Positions 9,951-19,787 of a DNA stretch of 64,000 nt are shown here, piece after piece. The notes under the pieces were generated by a model. That model worked only from the letters and a program-made list of their open reading frames with translations, did no database searches and had not been told where the DNA came from. How positions within the stretch are numbered: the first letter of the stretch is position 1; every line of letters begins with the position of its first letter. The DNA comes from Deltaproteobacteria bacterium (lineage in GTDB: Bacteria; Myxococcota; Kuafuiibacteriia; Kuafuiibacteriales; Kuafuiibacteriaceae), in the NCBI GenBank assembly GCA_040218735.1, contig JAVJQW010000061.1, positions 256,001 to 320,000 on the forward strand. The letters run 5' to 3'. The translations under genes were made by a program, and so were the position numbers.

Positions 9951-10268
9951 ATGTCGACGAAACCAGGAGCAGGCGGGAGCACCGACGTCCTCGCCGAGAG
10001 CGAGCAGAAGACCAAAGAGCCTTCGCTCTACAAAGTGCTGTTCCACAACGACGATTACACGACGATGGAGTTCGTGGTGTCCGTGTTGATGACCGTCTTC
10101 CACCACAACCAGGCGTCGGCCTACCGAATCATGATGCACATCCACACGAATGGAATGGGCGTCGCGGGTGTTTACACGAAAGAGGTGGCGGAGACCAAGG
10201 TCGCGCAGACCGTCGCCATCGCCCGCAAGAACGAGTTCCCCCTCGAAGTGACGATCGAGCCGGAGTGA
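9951..10268 (+). CDS. clpS: ATP-dependent Clp protease adaptor ClpS
   Basis: YKVLFHNDDYTTMEFVV, VAETKV, FPLEVTIE; immediately upstream of clpA. Confidence 0.97.
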   Translation: MSTKPGAGGSTDVLAESEQKTKEPSLYKVLFHNDDYTTMEFVVSVLMTVFHHNQASAYRIMMHIHTNGMGVAGVYTKEVAETKVAQTVAIARKNEFPLEVTIEPE

Positions 10269-12595
10269 GTGAGGACATGGAGTACAGCCAAGAGCTCAAA
10301 GACACCCTAGCGACGGCTTTCAACGAGGCCCTGCGCCGCCGGCACGAGTTCGTGACGCTCGAGCACGTGCTCTACGCGCTCCTCGACGATCCGAACGGCT
10401 CCAAGATCATCAAGGCGTGCGGCGGGGACCTCGATGGCCTCCGGACCGACCTCGACAAGTTCTTCGAGACCAACATGCAGGCGCTCCCGAACGGCGTGGA
10501 GCAGGACCCGCAGCAGACGCTCGCCTTCCAGCGGGTGTTCCAGCGGGCGGTCATGCACGTGCAGTCGTCCGGCAAGAACGTGATGGACTCGAGCAACCTG
10601 CTCGTCGCGTTCTTCCGGGAGCACGACTCCTACGCCGTCTACCTGCTCCAGAAGCAGGGCATCTCGCGGCTCGACGTCGTCCGGTACATCTCCCACGGGA
10701 TCGCGAAGGTCCCGCAGGAGGGTGACCACGCGTTCGACGAGGCGGCGCCCGCGACCAGCGGCAGCCGCGAGGGCGAGCGCGAGAAGAACCCGCTCGAAGC
10801 GTACGCGGTGAACCTCAACCTGGAGGCCGAAGCCGGTCGCATCGATCCGCTGATCGGCCGCGACGCGGAGATCGAGCGGACGATCCAGGTGCTCTGCCGG
10901 CGCCGGAAGAACAACCCGATCTTCGTGGGTGATCCGGGCGTCGGGAAGACGGCGATCGCCGAGGGCCTCGCGCTGCGCATCCACGCGGGCGAGGTGCCGG
11001 AGGTCCTGTCGGACGCGACGATCTTCTCGCTCGACATGGGCTCGCTGATCGCGGGCACCAAGTTCCGCGGGGACTTCGAGGAGCGGCTGAAGGCGGTGTT
11101 GTCGGAGCTCAAGAAGGTCGACAACGCGGTGCTGTTCATCGACGAGATCCACACGGTCGTCGGTGCGGGCGCGACGCAGGACGGCTCCTTGGACGCCGCG
11201 AACCTGATCAAGCCGGCGCTGCAGAACGGTGACCTTCGGTGCATCGGGTCGACGACGCACAAGGACTACAAGTCGTCGATCGAGAAGGACCACGCGCTCG
11301 CGCGGCGGTTCCAGAAGATCATCGTCAAAGAGCCGACGATCGACGAGACGTACCAGATCCTCAAGGGCCTGCGGCCGCACTACGAGGAGCACCACTCGGT
11401 CAGCTACACCGACACCGCGCTTCGGACGGCGGCGGAGCTGGCGGCGAAGCACATCAACGAGCGCTTCTTGCCCGACAAGGCGATCGACGTGATCGACGAG
11501 GCGGGCGCGGCGCAGCGGCTCGTGCCGGAGAACAAGCGCAAGAAGAAGATCCGGCCGGCGGACATCGAGAAGATCATCGCGAAGATGGCGCAGATCCCGG
11601 CGAAGACCGTGAACGCGGACGACCGGAACGCGCTGATGAAGCTGGACGACGAGCTGAAGCTCGTCATCTTCGGGCAGAACGACGCCATCGAAGCGCTGAC
11701 GCAGGCGATCAAGCTGAACCGTTCGGGCCTCGGTGCGCCGGAGCGCCCGGTGGGTTCGTTTGTGTTCGCGGGGCCGACCGGCGTCGGCAAGACGGAGCTC
11801 GCCAAGCAGCTCGCGCGGGTGATGGGCATCGAGTTCACGCGCTTCGACATGTCGGAGTACGGCGAAAAACACACCGTGTCGCGGCTGATCGGTGCACCTC
11901 CCGGCTACGTCGGGTTCGACCAGGGCGGGCTGCTGACGGACGCGATCCGGAAGACGCCGCACTGCGTGGTGCTCCTCGACGAGATCGAAAAGGCGCACCC
12001 GGACATCTACAACATCCTGCTGCAGGTGATGGATCACGCGACGCTGACCGACAACAACGGCCGGCAAGCGGACTTCCGCAACGTCATCCTGATCATGACG
12101 ACCAACGCGGGCGCCCGGGAGATGTCGGCGAACAAGATCGGCTTCTCGCGGGGCACGGATGCGTCGGAGGCGAACAAGGCGCTGGAGCGCACGTTCTCGC
12201 CGGAGTTCCGGAACCGCCTGGACGCGACGATCACCTTCGGCCAGCTGCCGGAGGAGGTCATTCTCATGGTCGTCGACAAGTTCATCAACGAGCTCGACGT
12301 CCTGCTCGCGGACAAGAAGGTGACGATCGATCTCACGCAGGAGGCTCGGATGTTCCTGCGCGAGAAGGGCTACTCGGAGAAGTACGGCGCGCGCCCGATG
12401 GGCCGCGTCATCCAGAACGAGATCAAGCGTCCGCTCGCGGACGAGATCCTCTTCGGCAAGCTGAGCAACGGCGGCCACGTCGAGGTCGACGTGGAGGGCG
12501 AAGGCGAAGACGCCAAGCTGGTGATGTCGTTCTCCGAGACGGACGGCCCCAACGAGCCGGGCCCCGACGCCGAGAAGGCCGAAGTCGAAGCTTGA
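10265..12595 (+). CDS. clpA: ATP-dependent Clp protease ATP-binding subunit ClpA
   Basis: Two AAA+ modules (GDPGVGKT, GPTGVGKT), RRRHEFVTLEH, VSRLIGAPPGYVG; no M-domain; follows clpS. Confidence 0.97.
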   Translation: MSEDMEYSQELKDTLATAFNEALRRRHEFVTLEHVLYALLDDPNGSKIIKACGGDLDGLRTDLDKFFETNMQALPNGVEQDPQQTLAFQRVFQRAVMHVQSSGKNVMDSSNLLVAFFREHDSYAVYLLQKQGISRLDVVRYISHGIAKVPQEGDHAFDEAAPATSGSREGEREKNPLEAYAVNLNLEAEAGRIDPLIGRDAEIERTIQVLCRRRKNNPIFVGDPGVGKTAIAEGLALRIHAGEVPEVLSDATIFSLDMGSLIAGTKFRGDFEERLKAVLSELKKVDNAVLFIDEIHTVVGAGATQDGSLDAANLIKPALQNGDLRCIGSTTHKDYKSSIEKDHALARRFQKIIVKEPTIDETYQILKGLRPHYEEHHSVSYTDTALRTAAELAAKHINERFLPDKAIDVIDEAGAAQRLVPENKRKKKIRPADIEKIIAKMAQIPAKTVNADDRNALMKLDDELKLVIFGQNDAIEALTQAIKLNRSGLGAPERPVGSFVFAGPTGVGKTELAKQLARVMGIEFTRFDMSEYGEKHTVSRLIGAPPGYVGFDQGGLLTDAIRKTPHCVVLLDEIEKAHPDIYNILLQVMDHATLTDNNGRQADFRNVILIMTTNAGAREMSANKIGFSRGTDASEANKALERTFSPEFRNRLDATITFGQLPEEVILMVVDKFINELDVLLADKKVTIDLTQEARMFLREKGYSEKYGARPMGRVIQNEIKRPLADEILFGKLSNGGHVEVDVEGEGEDAKLVMSFSETDGPNEPGPDAEKAEVEA

Positions 12596-12645
12596 GCCGC
12601 GCGTCCGATTGACCCCACCCCCATGCGCTCGCACGCTCGCTTGGC

Positions 12646-14112
12646 GTGCGGTTCGTCGAATCATCGTGGGCCCTCGCCGCGGTGCTGGGATTTGTGTCCC
12701 TCGCCGCGGCCGCGTGTGACTCCGGTCGCTGTCGCGGCGACTGCATCGTCTACTACCCGTCGGGACCCGACGCCGGAACTTCGACCACGACCGCCGATGC
12801 GGGCGCCTCGCGGGACGGGGGTGCCGCCGGCGACGCTGGCTCGCCCCGGGACGGCGGCGCCGCACGCGACGCCGGACCTTCACGCGACGGCGGCGACGCC
12901 AACGACTGCCGCGTCACCGCCTGCGGTACGAACGAGCGCTGCAACACGACGACGTTTGTTTGTGAGTGTGTCGCCGATGCACTCGCCTGCGGCGCGGGCT
13001 GCAGCCTCTGCCCGACCGATCCGGGCGTCGTCGCAACGGGGTGCGCGAGCGACCGGTGCGTAGCGACGGCCTGCGGCACCGGCTACACGCAGTGCGGCGA
13101 CACCTGCTGCGAATCCGTCCCGGTCTGGCAGACGACGATCGTCGAGACGTCCGCGGGCGGCGCGTCGTCCGTCATCGTCGACGCCCAAGGTCACCCGGCA
13201 GTGGCGTTCAGCTCGGATTCGCCGCGTGGTGTGTACTTCGCGGCGCACGACGGGACCCGCTGGGGCGCGACCGAGCCGGTCGATACGCGCACCAACGCGC
13301 TGTACCCCAGGCTCGTGGGTACGTCGGTGCCCATCGTCGTCAACAGCGTGCTCGACGTCTCCGCGGAGCGAGTCGCCTCGTGGTCGAAGAACGGGACATG
13401 GAGCCCGCTCGGTACGATCGACGACGCGGTCTTCCCGGACGTCGCGGTGGGCGGTGGCTACGAGCACCTCGTATCAAGGACCGCGGGCTTCCCGAGCGAC
13501 GTCCGGTACCACCGTCGTATCGTCGGCGCGTCGAGCTGGGGCGCCGCGACGCCCGTCGCCGTGGACGTCACGTTCGCCGCGCGGATCGCCGCGTCGACGA
13601 CCGGCGGGGTGGTGGTGCTCTACGTCCAAGACGACGACCTCTTCGCAGCGCGGCGGGCCACGCTCTCGTCCGCGTGGACGACCGACCTGATCGCCACGGG
13701 GCCCGTCTGGGAGCTCGATGTCGCGGTCGACACTTCCGGCGTCGAGCACCTCACGTACTACGTCGCGTCCACGCACTTCATTCGGTACGAAACGTACATC
13801 GGTCGCACGCGGACGCGCGGCGTCACCGTGGAGACGTCCCAGAACATGGCGCCCGGCTCCCAACACTTCTCGGGCCTGGCCATCGCGGTCGGCAACAACG
13901 GCGCGCACCTGAGCTACCTCGACTTCTCGCGGGGCGGCTCACTGTTGCGCTACGCGGCGGACGTGGACGGTTTTGTCCCCGAGACCATCGCCAACGCCGA
14001 CGACATCCTCGGCGACACCTCCATCGCAGTGGACGCGAACGGTGCGCCCCACGTCACGTATCCGGCGCCCTCGTCGTCGTGGCCGCACCTCGGGTACGCC
14101 GTGAAGCGCTGA
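12646..14112 (+). CDS. Cys-rich lipoprotein with C-terminal beta-propeller-like repeats
   Basis: LAAAAC lipobox; RDGG/DAG linker; Cys-rich segment; repeats such as SIAVDANGAPHVTY. Confidence 0.65.
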   Translation: MRFVESSWALAAVLGFVSLAAAACDSGRCRGDCIVYYPSGPDAGTSTTTADAGASRDGGAAGDAGSPRDGGAARDAGPSRDGGDANDCRVTACGTNERCNTTTFVCECVADALACGAGCSLCPTDPGVVATGCASDRCVATACGTGYTQCGDTCCESVPVWQTTIVETSAGGASSVIVDAQGHPAVAFSSDSPRGVYFAAHDGTRWGATEPVDTRTNALYPRLVGTSVPIVVNSVLDVSAERVASWSKNGTWSPLGTIDDAVFPDVAVGGGYEHLVSRTAGFPSDVRYHRRIVGASSWGAATPVAVDVTFAARIAASTTGGVVVLYVQDDDLFAARRATLSSAWTTDLIATGPVWELDVAVDTSGVEHLTYYVASTHFIRYETYIGRTRTRGVTVETSQNMAPGSQHFSGLAIAVGNNGAHLSYLDFSRGGSLLRYAADVDGFVPETIANADDILGDTSIAVDANGAPHVTYPAPSSSWPHLGYAVKR

Positions 14113-14117
14113 CGCGT

Positions 14118-15503
14118 TCAGTGCACGTGGGCGTCGGCGCGCGGTGGGGGCAGTGACTTGAACCCCGGGTCGTCGATGTTCCCCTTCGCGAGGATCAGCG
14201 CGTAGAGGAACGGCGGGACCGACGTCGCCTGGCGCCCGTTGATCAGCACCACCGGGGTGCCGTGGACGTCGAACTGGTTCGCGTACTCGACATCCTCGGC
14301 GATCTTCGCGGTCGTGGCCTTGGAGCCGACACACGCCTTCAGAGCCGCCTGCTTCTTTCCCGTGGCCTCTTCGGCGATCTTCCAGACGCGCTCCTGCGTG
14401 AGGGACTGCTGCTCCTTGAACATCGCGACGCGCGCCTTCTCGAAGTTGTCGTCGTCCTCGAGGCAGACAAGCACCCGCGGCGCGAGGCAGCGGACGCCGG
14501 TCTCGTCCTTCAGCTCCGGCGGGACCGACGGGTTGCAGCCCGCGTCGAGCGGGAACCAGCGCGACTCCGAGGAGAACGATCCGGGCGGCGCCGCTTCGTG
14601 TAGCTGCTCCATGACCTCGGCGAGGTTGCGGCAGTGCCCGCAGCGGATGTCCGAGAAGTCGACGATCTTCACCGGCGCGTTCGCGAGCCCGTCGCGGTGC
14701 CGAACGCCGTACTTCGAAAGGTCCGGCGACTTCGACGTCCGCATCTTGTAGAGCGAGTCGCTGATCGCCTGCTTCGCCGCGGGCGGCACCTGCATGAGGT
14801 AACGCCCGACCTCGGTCGTCGGCGCAGCCGGCGGCGCCGTAGTCGGGGAGGTCGGCGTCGCGGGCGGCGGCGTCTTGGCGGCCTCGGCCTTCTTCGCGGG
14901 GAGCTCCAGCCCCATCTTCGCCTCGACCGGGGTGTTCGTCCCGGGCACGAGCAGCGCCGCGTACGCGACGCACAGGCTCGCGGCGACCGGGAGCGCGGCC
15001 GACATCGGCGAGACGTCGCGCAGCGGGCGGAGCGGCTTCACGCGGAACGCAAACACCGCGAAGCCGCCGACCAACACGTACGTCGCGACGCAGGTCAGGC
15101 ACACCTGCCCGAGCGAGAAGCTCACGCCGACGAACACCAGCACGGCGGCGACGCCGCCACCGGCCACCATGCGCAGCGCGAAGATGCGCGCGTCGTAACC
15201 GCGGCGCCCGATGGCGTCGTACGCGAGGTGCGCCGACACGAAGAACGCGGACAGGCCCCACACGAGGCCCCAGCCGGCGAGCGGCAGACGCGTCGTGCCG
15301 TGGATCGACTTCGCGAACGGTGAGTTCCACACCGCCTCGCAGTTGAGCGTCTCGTCGATGCCGCAGAAGGACGCCCCGCCCTGCTGCGTCACCAACAGCT
15401 CCATCCACTGGAACACCGCGAGCAGCGAAGCCGCCAACGCGAAGGCCAGGAGCGCGACAATCGCCGCGGCGCTCGGGTTCGTGGTCTGGTCGTTCTTACC
15501 CAT
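14118..15503 (-). CDS. VKOR (vitamin K epoxide reductase) domain fused to a DsbA/thioredoxin domain
   Basis: FCGIDETLNCEAVWNS, VCLTCVATY (CxxC), FSDIRCGHC, GTP; ATG at 15503. Confidence 0.9.
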   Translation of the reverse strand: MGKNDQTTNPSAAAIVALLAFALAASLLAVFQWMELLVTQQGGASFCGIDETLNCEAVWNSPFAKSIHGTTRLPLAGWGLVWGLSAFFVSAHLAYDAIGRRGYDARIFALRMVAGGGVAAVLVFVGVSFSLGQVCLTCVATYVLVGGFAVFAFRVKPLRPLRDVSPMSAALPVAASLCVAYAALLVPGTNTPVEAKMGLELPAKKAEAAKTPPPATPTSPTTAPPAAPTTEVGRYLMQVPPAAKQAISDSLYKMRTSKSPDLSKYGVRHRDGLANAPVKIVDFSDIRCGHCRNLAEVMEQLHEAAPPGSFSSESRWFPLDAGCNPSVPPELKDETGVRCLAPRVLVCLEDDDNFEKARVAMFKEQQSLTQERVWKIAEEATGKKQAALKACVGSKATTAKIAEDVEYANQFDVHGTPVVLINGRQATSVPPFLYALILAKGNIDDPGFKSLPPPRADAHVH

Positions 15504-15692
15504 GCGCTGAGAACCCCGTTTACGACGTGGGGCGACCGACGACAAAGCCCGAATGTGCCGGGGTCGCCGCGGGGAAACGACCCAGCGGGCGATTCCATGC
15601 CCGGTGGACTCCAGTCCGCAGCGCGAGGGACCCGACGAGCGGTCCGACAATCTCGGCTCGACCTTCGCCGACGGTTGGCATTGGATCGACGC

Positions 15693-16397
15693 ATGTCCGA
15701 CTGGGGTCTGGTCATCTCCGCCGAGCACGCGAGCCACGCGGTGCCCGACGACGTGGAGCTCGGGCTCTCCGACGCCGTGCTCGAGAGCCACACAGGGTGG
15801 GATCCGGGCGTCGCGATCGTGGCCCGCGCCGTGGGCCGTCACTTCGGCGTCACACCGCACCTCGGCGCCTGGACGCGCCTCGTCGCGGACCTCAACCGCC
15901 CCCCCGACAGCCCGGAGGTCGTCGCCCCCGTCGCCTTCGGCGTCACGGTCCCCGGGAACGGCGGGCTCGACGCTGCGGCCGTCGAGGCCCGGGTCGCGAA
16001 GTACCACCGGCCGTACTGGGCGGCGGTCGAAGCGAGCGTCCGAACGACGCTCGAATCCGCGTCCCGCGTGCTGCACCTGTCGGTGCACAGCTTCACGCCG
16101 GTCTACGACGGCACGACCCGCGAGGTGGAGCTCGGCGTCATGATGGACCCGGAGCGCCCGCTGGAGCGGGCCGTGGCGGACACCTGGATCGAAGTGTTCG
16201 CGCGCGACGGGTTCGTGTCACGAGAGAACGAGCCGTACGACGGACGCGCGCCTGCGCTCGTGACCTCGCTTCGCTCGGTGTTCGACCCGCTCGCCTACGC
16301 GGGGGTGGAGATCGAGATCAGCCACGGGCTGCTCGATCGGATCGACGATGTCGCCACCGCGGTGATCGACGCCGTCAGCGTCACCATCGGCCGCTGA
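15693..16397 (+). CDS. N-formylglutamate amidohydrolase family protein
   Basis: ISAEHASHAVP, SHTGWDPG, TRLVADLNR, YHRPY, LSVHSFTP, ENEPYDG, EIEI. Confidence 0.9.
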   Translation: MSDWGLVISAEHASHAVPDDVELGLSDAVLESHTGWDPGVAIVARAVGRHFGVTPHLGAWTRLVADLNRPPDSPEVVAPVAFGVTVPGNGGLDAAAVEARVAKYHRPYWAAVEASVRTTLESASRVLHLSVHSFTPVYDGTTREVELGVMMDPERPLERAVADTWIEVFARDGFVSRENEPYDGRAPALVTSLRSVFDPLAYAGVEIEISHGLLDRIDDVATAVIDAVSVTIGR

Positions 16398-16403
16398 GGA
16401 GCG

Positions 16404-18710
16404 TCAGCTCGTGACGCGGATGTTCGCGTTCGAGAAGCCGCCCTTGCTGCGCGCGACGACGTAGACCTCGGAGTTGGCCGGCACGTCGAGCGAGCCCGAC
16501 TCCCGCGAGCCCACCTCGCCGAGGTGCAGGTCGAACGTGCCCGTGCCGTCCGCGTTGATCTCGGGCGGCGAGCCGATGCGCACGTACAGGTCCATGTCGT
16601 TGCTGCGGCTGCTGCCGCGCGGCGTGACCTCGAACTGCAGCGTCGTCGCGTCCGCGACCTGGATCGGATCCAGCGCCTCGGTGCGACCGTGCGCGCGCAC
16701 GATGATGTCCTTCTCGACCTCGATCGCCGGCGCCGGATCCGGGCGACGCGGGACCATGTTGTGCGCGCCCATCGCGAACCACGCGCGCGGGCGCTGGCTC
16801 TGGAGCATCTTCCCGAACACCTCGTAGGTGGAGTCCGGCGGCGGATCGCGGTCGACGGTGAGGCCGGCCGACTCGTACGCCTCCGCCTGGACCTCCATCG
16901 CGGCGTCGGTGCACAGCGACATCTCGTTGCGGATCTTCTCGAGCTCGGGGAGGTCGGCGCGGGCCTGGTCGGCCTGCGCGCCCGTGCCCTGCGCAAGCTC
17001 GCGGCACCGCTCGATGGCGCGGTCCACCGGGTCCGACGCGGCAGCGTCGAGCTCGGCTTCGGCGCGGAGGATCGACGGGCCGAGCGCATCGACGCGGTCG
17101 GCGCCGTCGATGACCTGCGGGATGAATGCACCGGAGTCGTTCGGGTCCGGCACCCAGTGCGCGGGGCGCCCGCGACGATCGCCGGGCCAGATGCCCGTGC
17201 CGCCGCCGAACGCGGCGGACTCGAAGCCGCACTTCTCGTCGCGCGAGATGATCAGGCCGTCGCCCCACGCGGAGAAGCTGCCGCTGTACTTCCGCAGCGT
17301 GGTCTGCGTGTGCTCGATCTTCGCGATCGCGGTGTCGAGCGCGCCGATCATACGCTCGAGGTTGGACTTCCACTGCGCCGCCTGCGCCGGGTCCGCGCCG
17401 TTCGTGAGCGTGTCGAAGTTGTCGAGGTTGTCCTGCAGCGTGCGCCGCTGCGTCTGCAGCTCGTTGTCCGAGTAGAACACCAGGTGCGTACGGCGACGGT
17501 CCTGGTAGACGCAGACCTTCGACTCCAGCGGCATCGGGTCGCCGCGGCGGAGCGCGCCGTCGTCGACGAGGCCCTGGTAGAGGATCCGGTGCACCGACGA
17601 CATGCGGTTGTCGTTGCGGCCGAAGCGTCCGGAGAGCGCCATCTCCTCGAGCTCGTCGAGGTGATAGGCGATACCGTCGCGCGTGACACTCGAGCCGTCC
17701 GGGCCGCGGTGCTCGAACTTGTGGCGCTCCATCAGGCCGGTGTCCGGGTTGATGCCGAGGGTCTGCTTGCCCTGGAGGTTCGTGCGCCCGTTCTGCTCGG
17801 GGCGCCAGCGCGGGCGCAGCGTGCGACGCGTGTCGAGCAGCTTGAAGTCCGGCGTGTCCGGGAAGACCTCCAGGAACGGCGAGCGATTCTGCTGGTACCC
17901 CGTGTCGTCGTCGCGGTCGCGCTCGAGGTGCATCGGGTACGGGAAGCGCTCGAGGAGCTCGACGGCGCGGTCGTCCTGCCAGATGTGGTCGATGCCGTTG
18001 TTCTCCTGGTAGGGGCCGAGCTTGCTGATGTCGAGCGGCTGGAAGCACTCGTTGCCGGACATCTCGCGGAAGACGTTGTCCGTGCGGTTGTCAGTCACCA
18101 CCACGCCGATCCACTTCTCGGTCTCGGTGCGGTCGCGGGTGAGGCGCTCGGTCGCGCCGAGGATCTCCGCGGTGATCGGCTTCGACGGCGACAGCGAGAC
18201 CGTCGCGTTGCTGCCGGGGGCGATCGGGACCTGCACGTCGCGGCTGACGTTCGCGCCGTACGTGTCGCGCGGCTGGTAGATGGCCGCGACCTGGTTCCAC
18301 TGCCCGCTGCGATCGACGACGAAGCTCTGCCCGGTGAGGCCGTCCGGCTTATCGGGCGTCTGCACCTCCGACGCGATGTCGTCGAGGAGTCGGCAGAGGT
18401 TTTCGTAGCTCATGCCCATGCGGGACACGAGGCCCTTCGGATCGTTCTGGATGAACGCGAGGTCCGTGAGGCCCGAGTTCGGCGGCGCGCGCAGGTAGCT
18501 GTCGCAGAACGAATCCCAGTCGGCCTGCGTCGCGAGCGTGACGCGGTTTCCGCCGGCCTCCTCGAGCGTCACCTTGCAGTCGGCGCCGACGAGGTCGCCC
18601 GCGATCTGACGGGGGATGAAGCTGCCGAGGCGCTGCCCGTCTCGTCCGTCGAGGACGGGGGCGAAGTTTCCGGAGGTACCGCGGCGGTCGCGAACATTGA
18701 CGTTGGGCAT
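16404..18710 (-). CDS. Large hypothetical protein with C-terminal PPC-like domain
   Basis: 768-aa ORF with host-like codon usage; C-terminal DMDLYVRIGSPP...VYVVARS; no signal peptide. Confidence 0.65.
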   Translation of the reverse strand: MPNVNVRDRRGTSGNFAPVLDGRDGQRLGSFIPRQIAGDLVGADCKVTLEEAGGNRVTLATQADWDSFCDSYLRAPPNSGLTDLAFIQNDPKGLVSRMGMSYENLCRLLDDIASEVQTPDKPDGLTGQSFVVDRSGQWNQVAAIYQPRDTYGANVSRDVQVPIAPGSNATVSLSPSKPITAEILGATERLTRDRTETEKWIGVVVTDNRTDNVFREMSGNECFQPLDISKLGPYQENNGIDHIWQDDRAVELLERFPYPMHLERDRDDDTGYQQNRSPFLEVFPDTPDFKLLDTRRTLRPRWRPEQNGRTNLQGKQTLGINPDTGLMERHKFEHRGPDGSSVTRDGIAYHLDELEEMALSGRFGRNDNRMSSVHRILYQGLVDDGALRRGDPMPLESKVCVYQDRRRTHLVFYSDNELQTQRRTLQDNLDNFDTLTNGADPAQAAQWKSNLERMIGALDTAIAKIEHTQTTLRKYSGSFSAWGDGLIISRDEKCGFESAAFGGGTGIWPGDRRGRPAHWVPDPNDSGAFIPQVIDGADRVDALGPSILRAEAELDAAASDPVDRAIERCRELAQGTGAQADQARADLPELEKIRNEMSLCTDAAMEVQAEAYESAGLTVDRDPPPDSTYEVFGKMLQSQRPRAWFAMGAHNMVPRRPDPAPAIEVEKDIIVRAHGRTEALDPIQVADATTLQFEVTPRGSSRSNDMDLYVRIGSPPEINADGTGTFDLHLGEVGSRESGSLDVPANSEVYVVARSKGGFSNANIRVTS

Positions 18711-18795
18711 GGCTCTTGTCCTACATTATCGGACACGACACGAATTTCGTTGCGGGTTTGTCACAAGACCCGGCCTGAATGATTCCGAAGGTTTA

Positions 18796-19686
18796 TCACC
18801 TTAGTTGGGACTTCGGCCCCGCGAGCCGGTCCGCGATCTGCAGGGCCTCGAACATCGAGCGCTGCAGCTCGGCCTGGGCGCCGTTGAGCTTGTCGGGGCC
18901 CGCGCCGAGGTTCGGGTCCACCACCGTGCGGAGCGGCCTCGGCCCCTCCATCTCGACGAGCTCGACGATCGCGTCCGCCACGAGCGTCGGCGACGGGGCA
19001 TCGTCGGACGCGAGGCCCTGGGCGACCTGCCCCCAGAAGTCGACGGGCGCCTGCTTCGCGTCGCCGAGCGTCGCGAGGCACTGCGCGTCGTCGGCCTTGC
19101 GCATCGAGCCGAAGAAGTCGGTCGCGTAGCCGCCGGGCTCGACGATCACCGAGTCGATCCCCAGCGGCGCCAGCTCGTAGCGCATCGTCTCGGCCAGCCC
19201 CTCCAGCGCGAACTTCGACGCGGTGTAGACACCACAGTACGGGAACACCATCCGGCCGAGCGTCGAAGAGACGTGGATGAGCAAGCCACCTTGCGCGCGG
19301 TCGCGCATCGCGCGGAGCGCCCAGCGGTTCACGCGGTGCGGACCGAATACGTTGAGGTCGAACAGCGCCTGCATCGCCTCGGGCGTGAACGCCTCCGTCA
19401 TCCCCATCGATCCCGCGCCCGCGTTGTTCACGACCACGTCGATGTGGCCCTCCGCCTCCATCGCCTCGCGGACCGCCTTCTCGACGGCGATGTCGTCGGT
19501 GACGTCGCACGCGATGACGTGCAGGCGCCCCGGCCCGTCGAGCTGGCGCAGCGCTTCGGCCGCCTCCGTGTTGCGCCCGTACGGGTCGCGCATCGTCGCA
19601 AACACGTTGTGCCCGCCGCGGACGAGTGCCTCCGCGGTGAGCTTCCCGAAGCCGCTGCTGGTGCCGGTCACGAAGACGTTCTTCAT
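18796..19686 (-). CDS. SDR family oxidoreductase
   Basis: VTGTSSGFG, VVNNAG, YTASKFALEG, IVEPG. Confidence 0.93.
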   Translation of the reverse strand: MKNVFVTGTSSGFGKLTAEALVRGGHNVFATMRDPYGRNTEAAEALRQLDGPGRLHVIACDVTDDIAVEKAVREAMEAEGHIDVVVNNAGAGSMGMTEAFTPEAMQALFDLNVFGPHRVNRWALRAMRDRAQGGLLIHVSSTLGRMVFPYCGVYTASKFALEGLAETMRYELAPLGIDSVIVEPGGYATDFFGSMRKADDAQCLATLGDAKQAPVDFWGQVAQGLASDDAPSPTLVADAIVELVEMEGPRPLRTVVDPNLGAGPDKLNGAQAELQRSMFEALQIADRLAGPKSQLR

Positions 19687-19787
19687 GTCCTGCGAGATAC
19701 CACGACGACGCGACGATGTTGCACGTCCGGCGCCATCAGGTCGCCATCGCGTCGCGCGAACGCCACCGGGCTCGCCGATGTTGGGGC

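Noticed and set aside
12770-12900. RDGG/DAG short repeats (also at ~49880-49950)
   Set aside because: Ordinary low-complexity linkers of myxobacterial lipoproteins.
14118-15503. VKOR-DsbA as the vitamin K partner of the HTTM protein
   Set aside because: About 10 kb away and in a separate transcription unit; VKOR-thioredoxin fusions are standard disulfide-formation enzymes.
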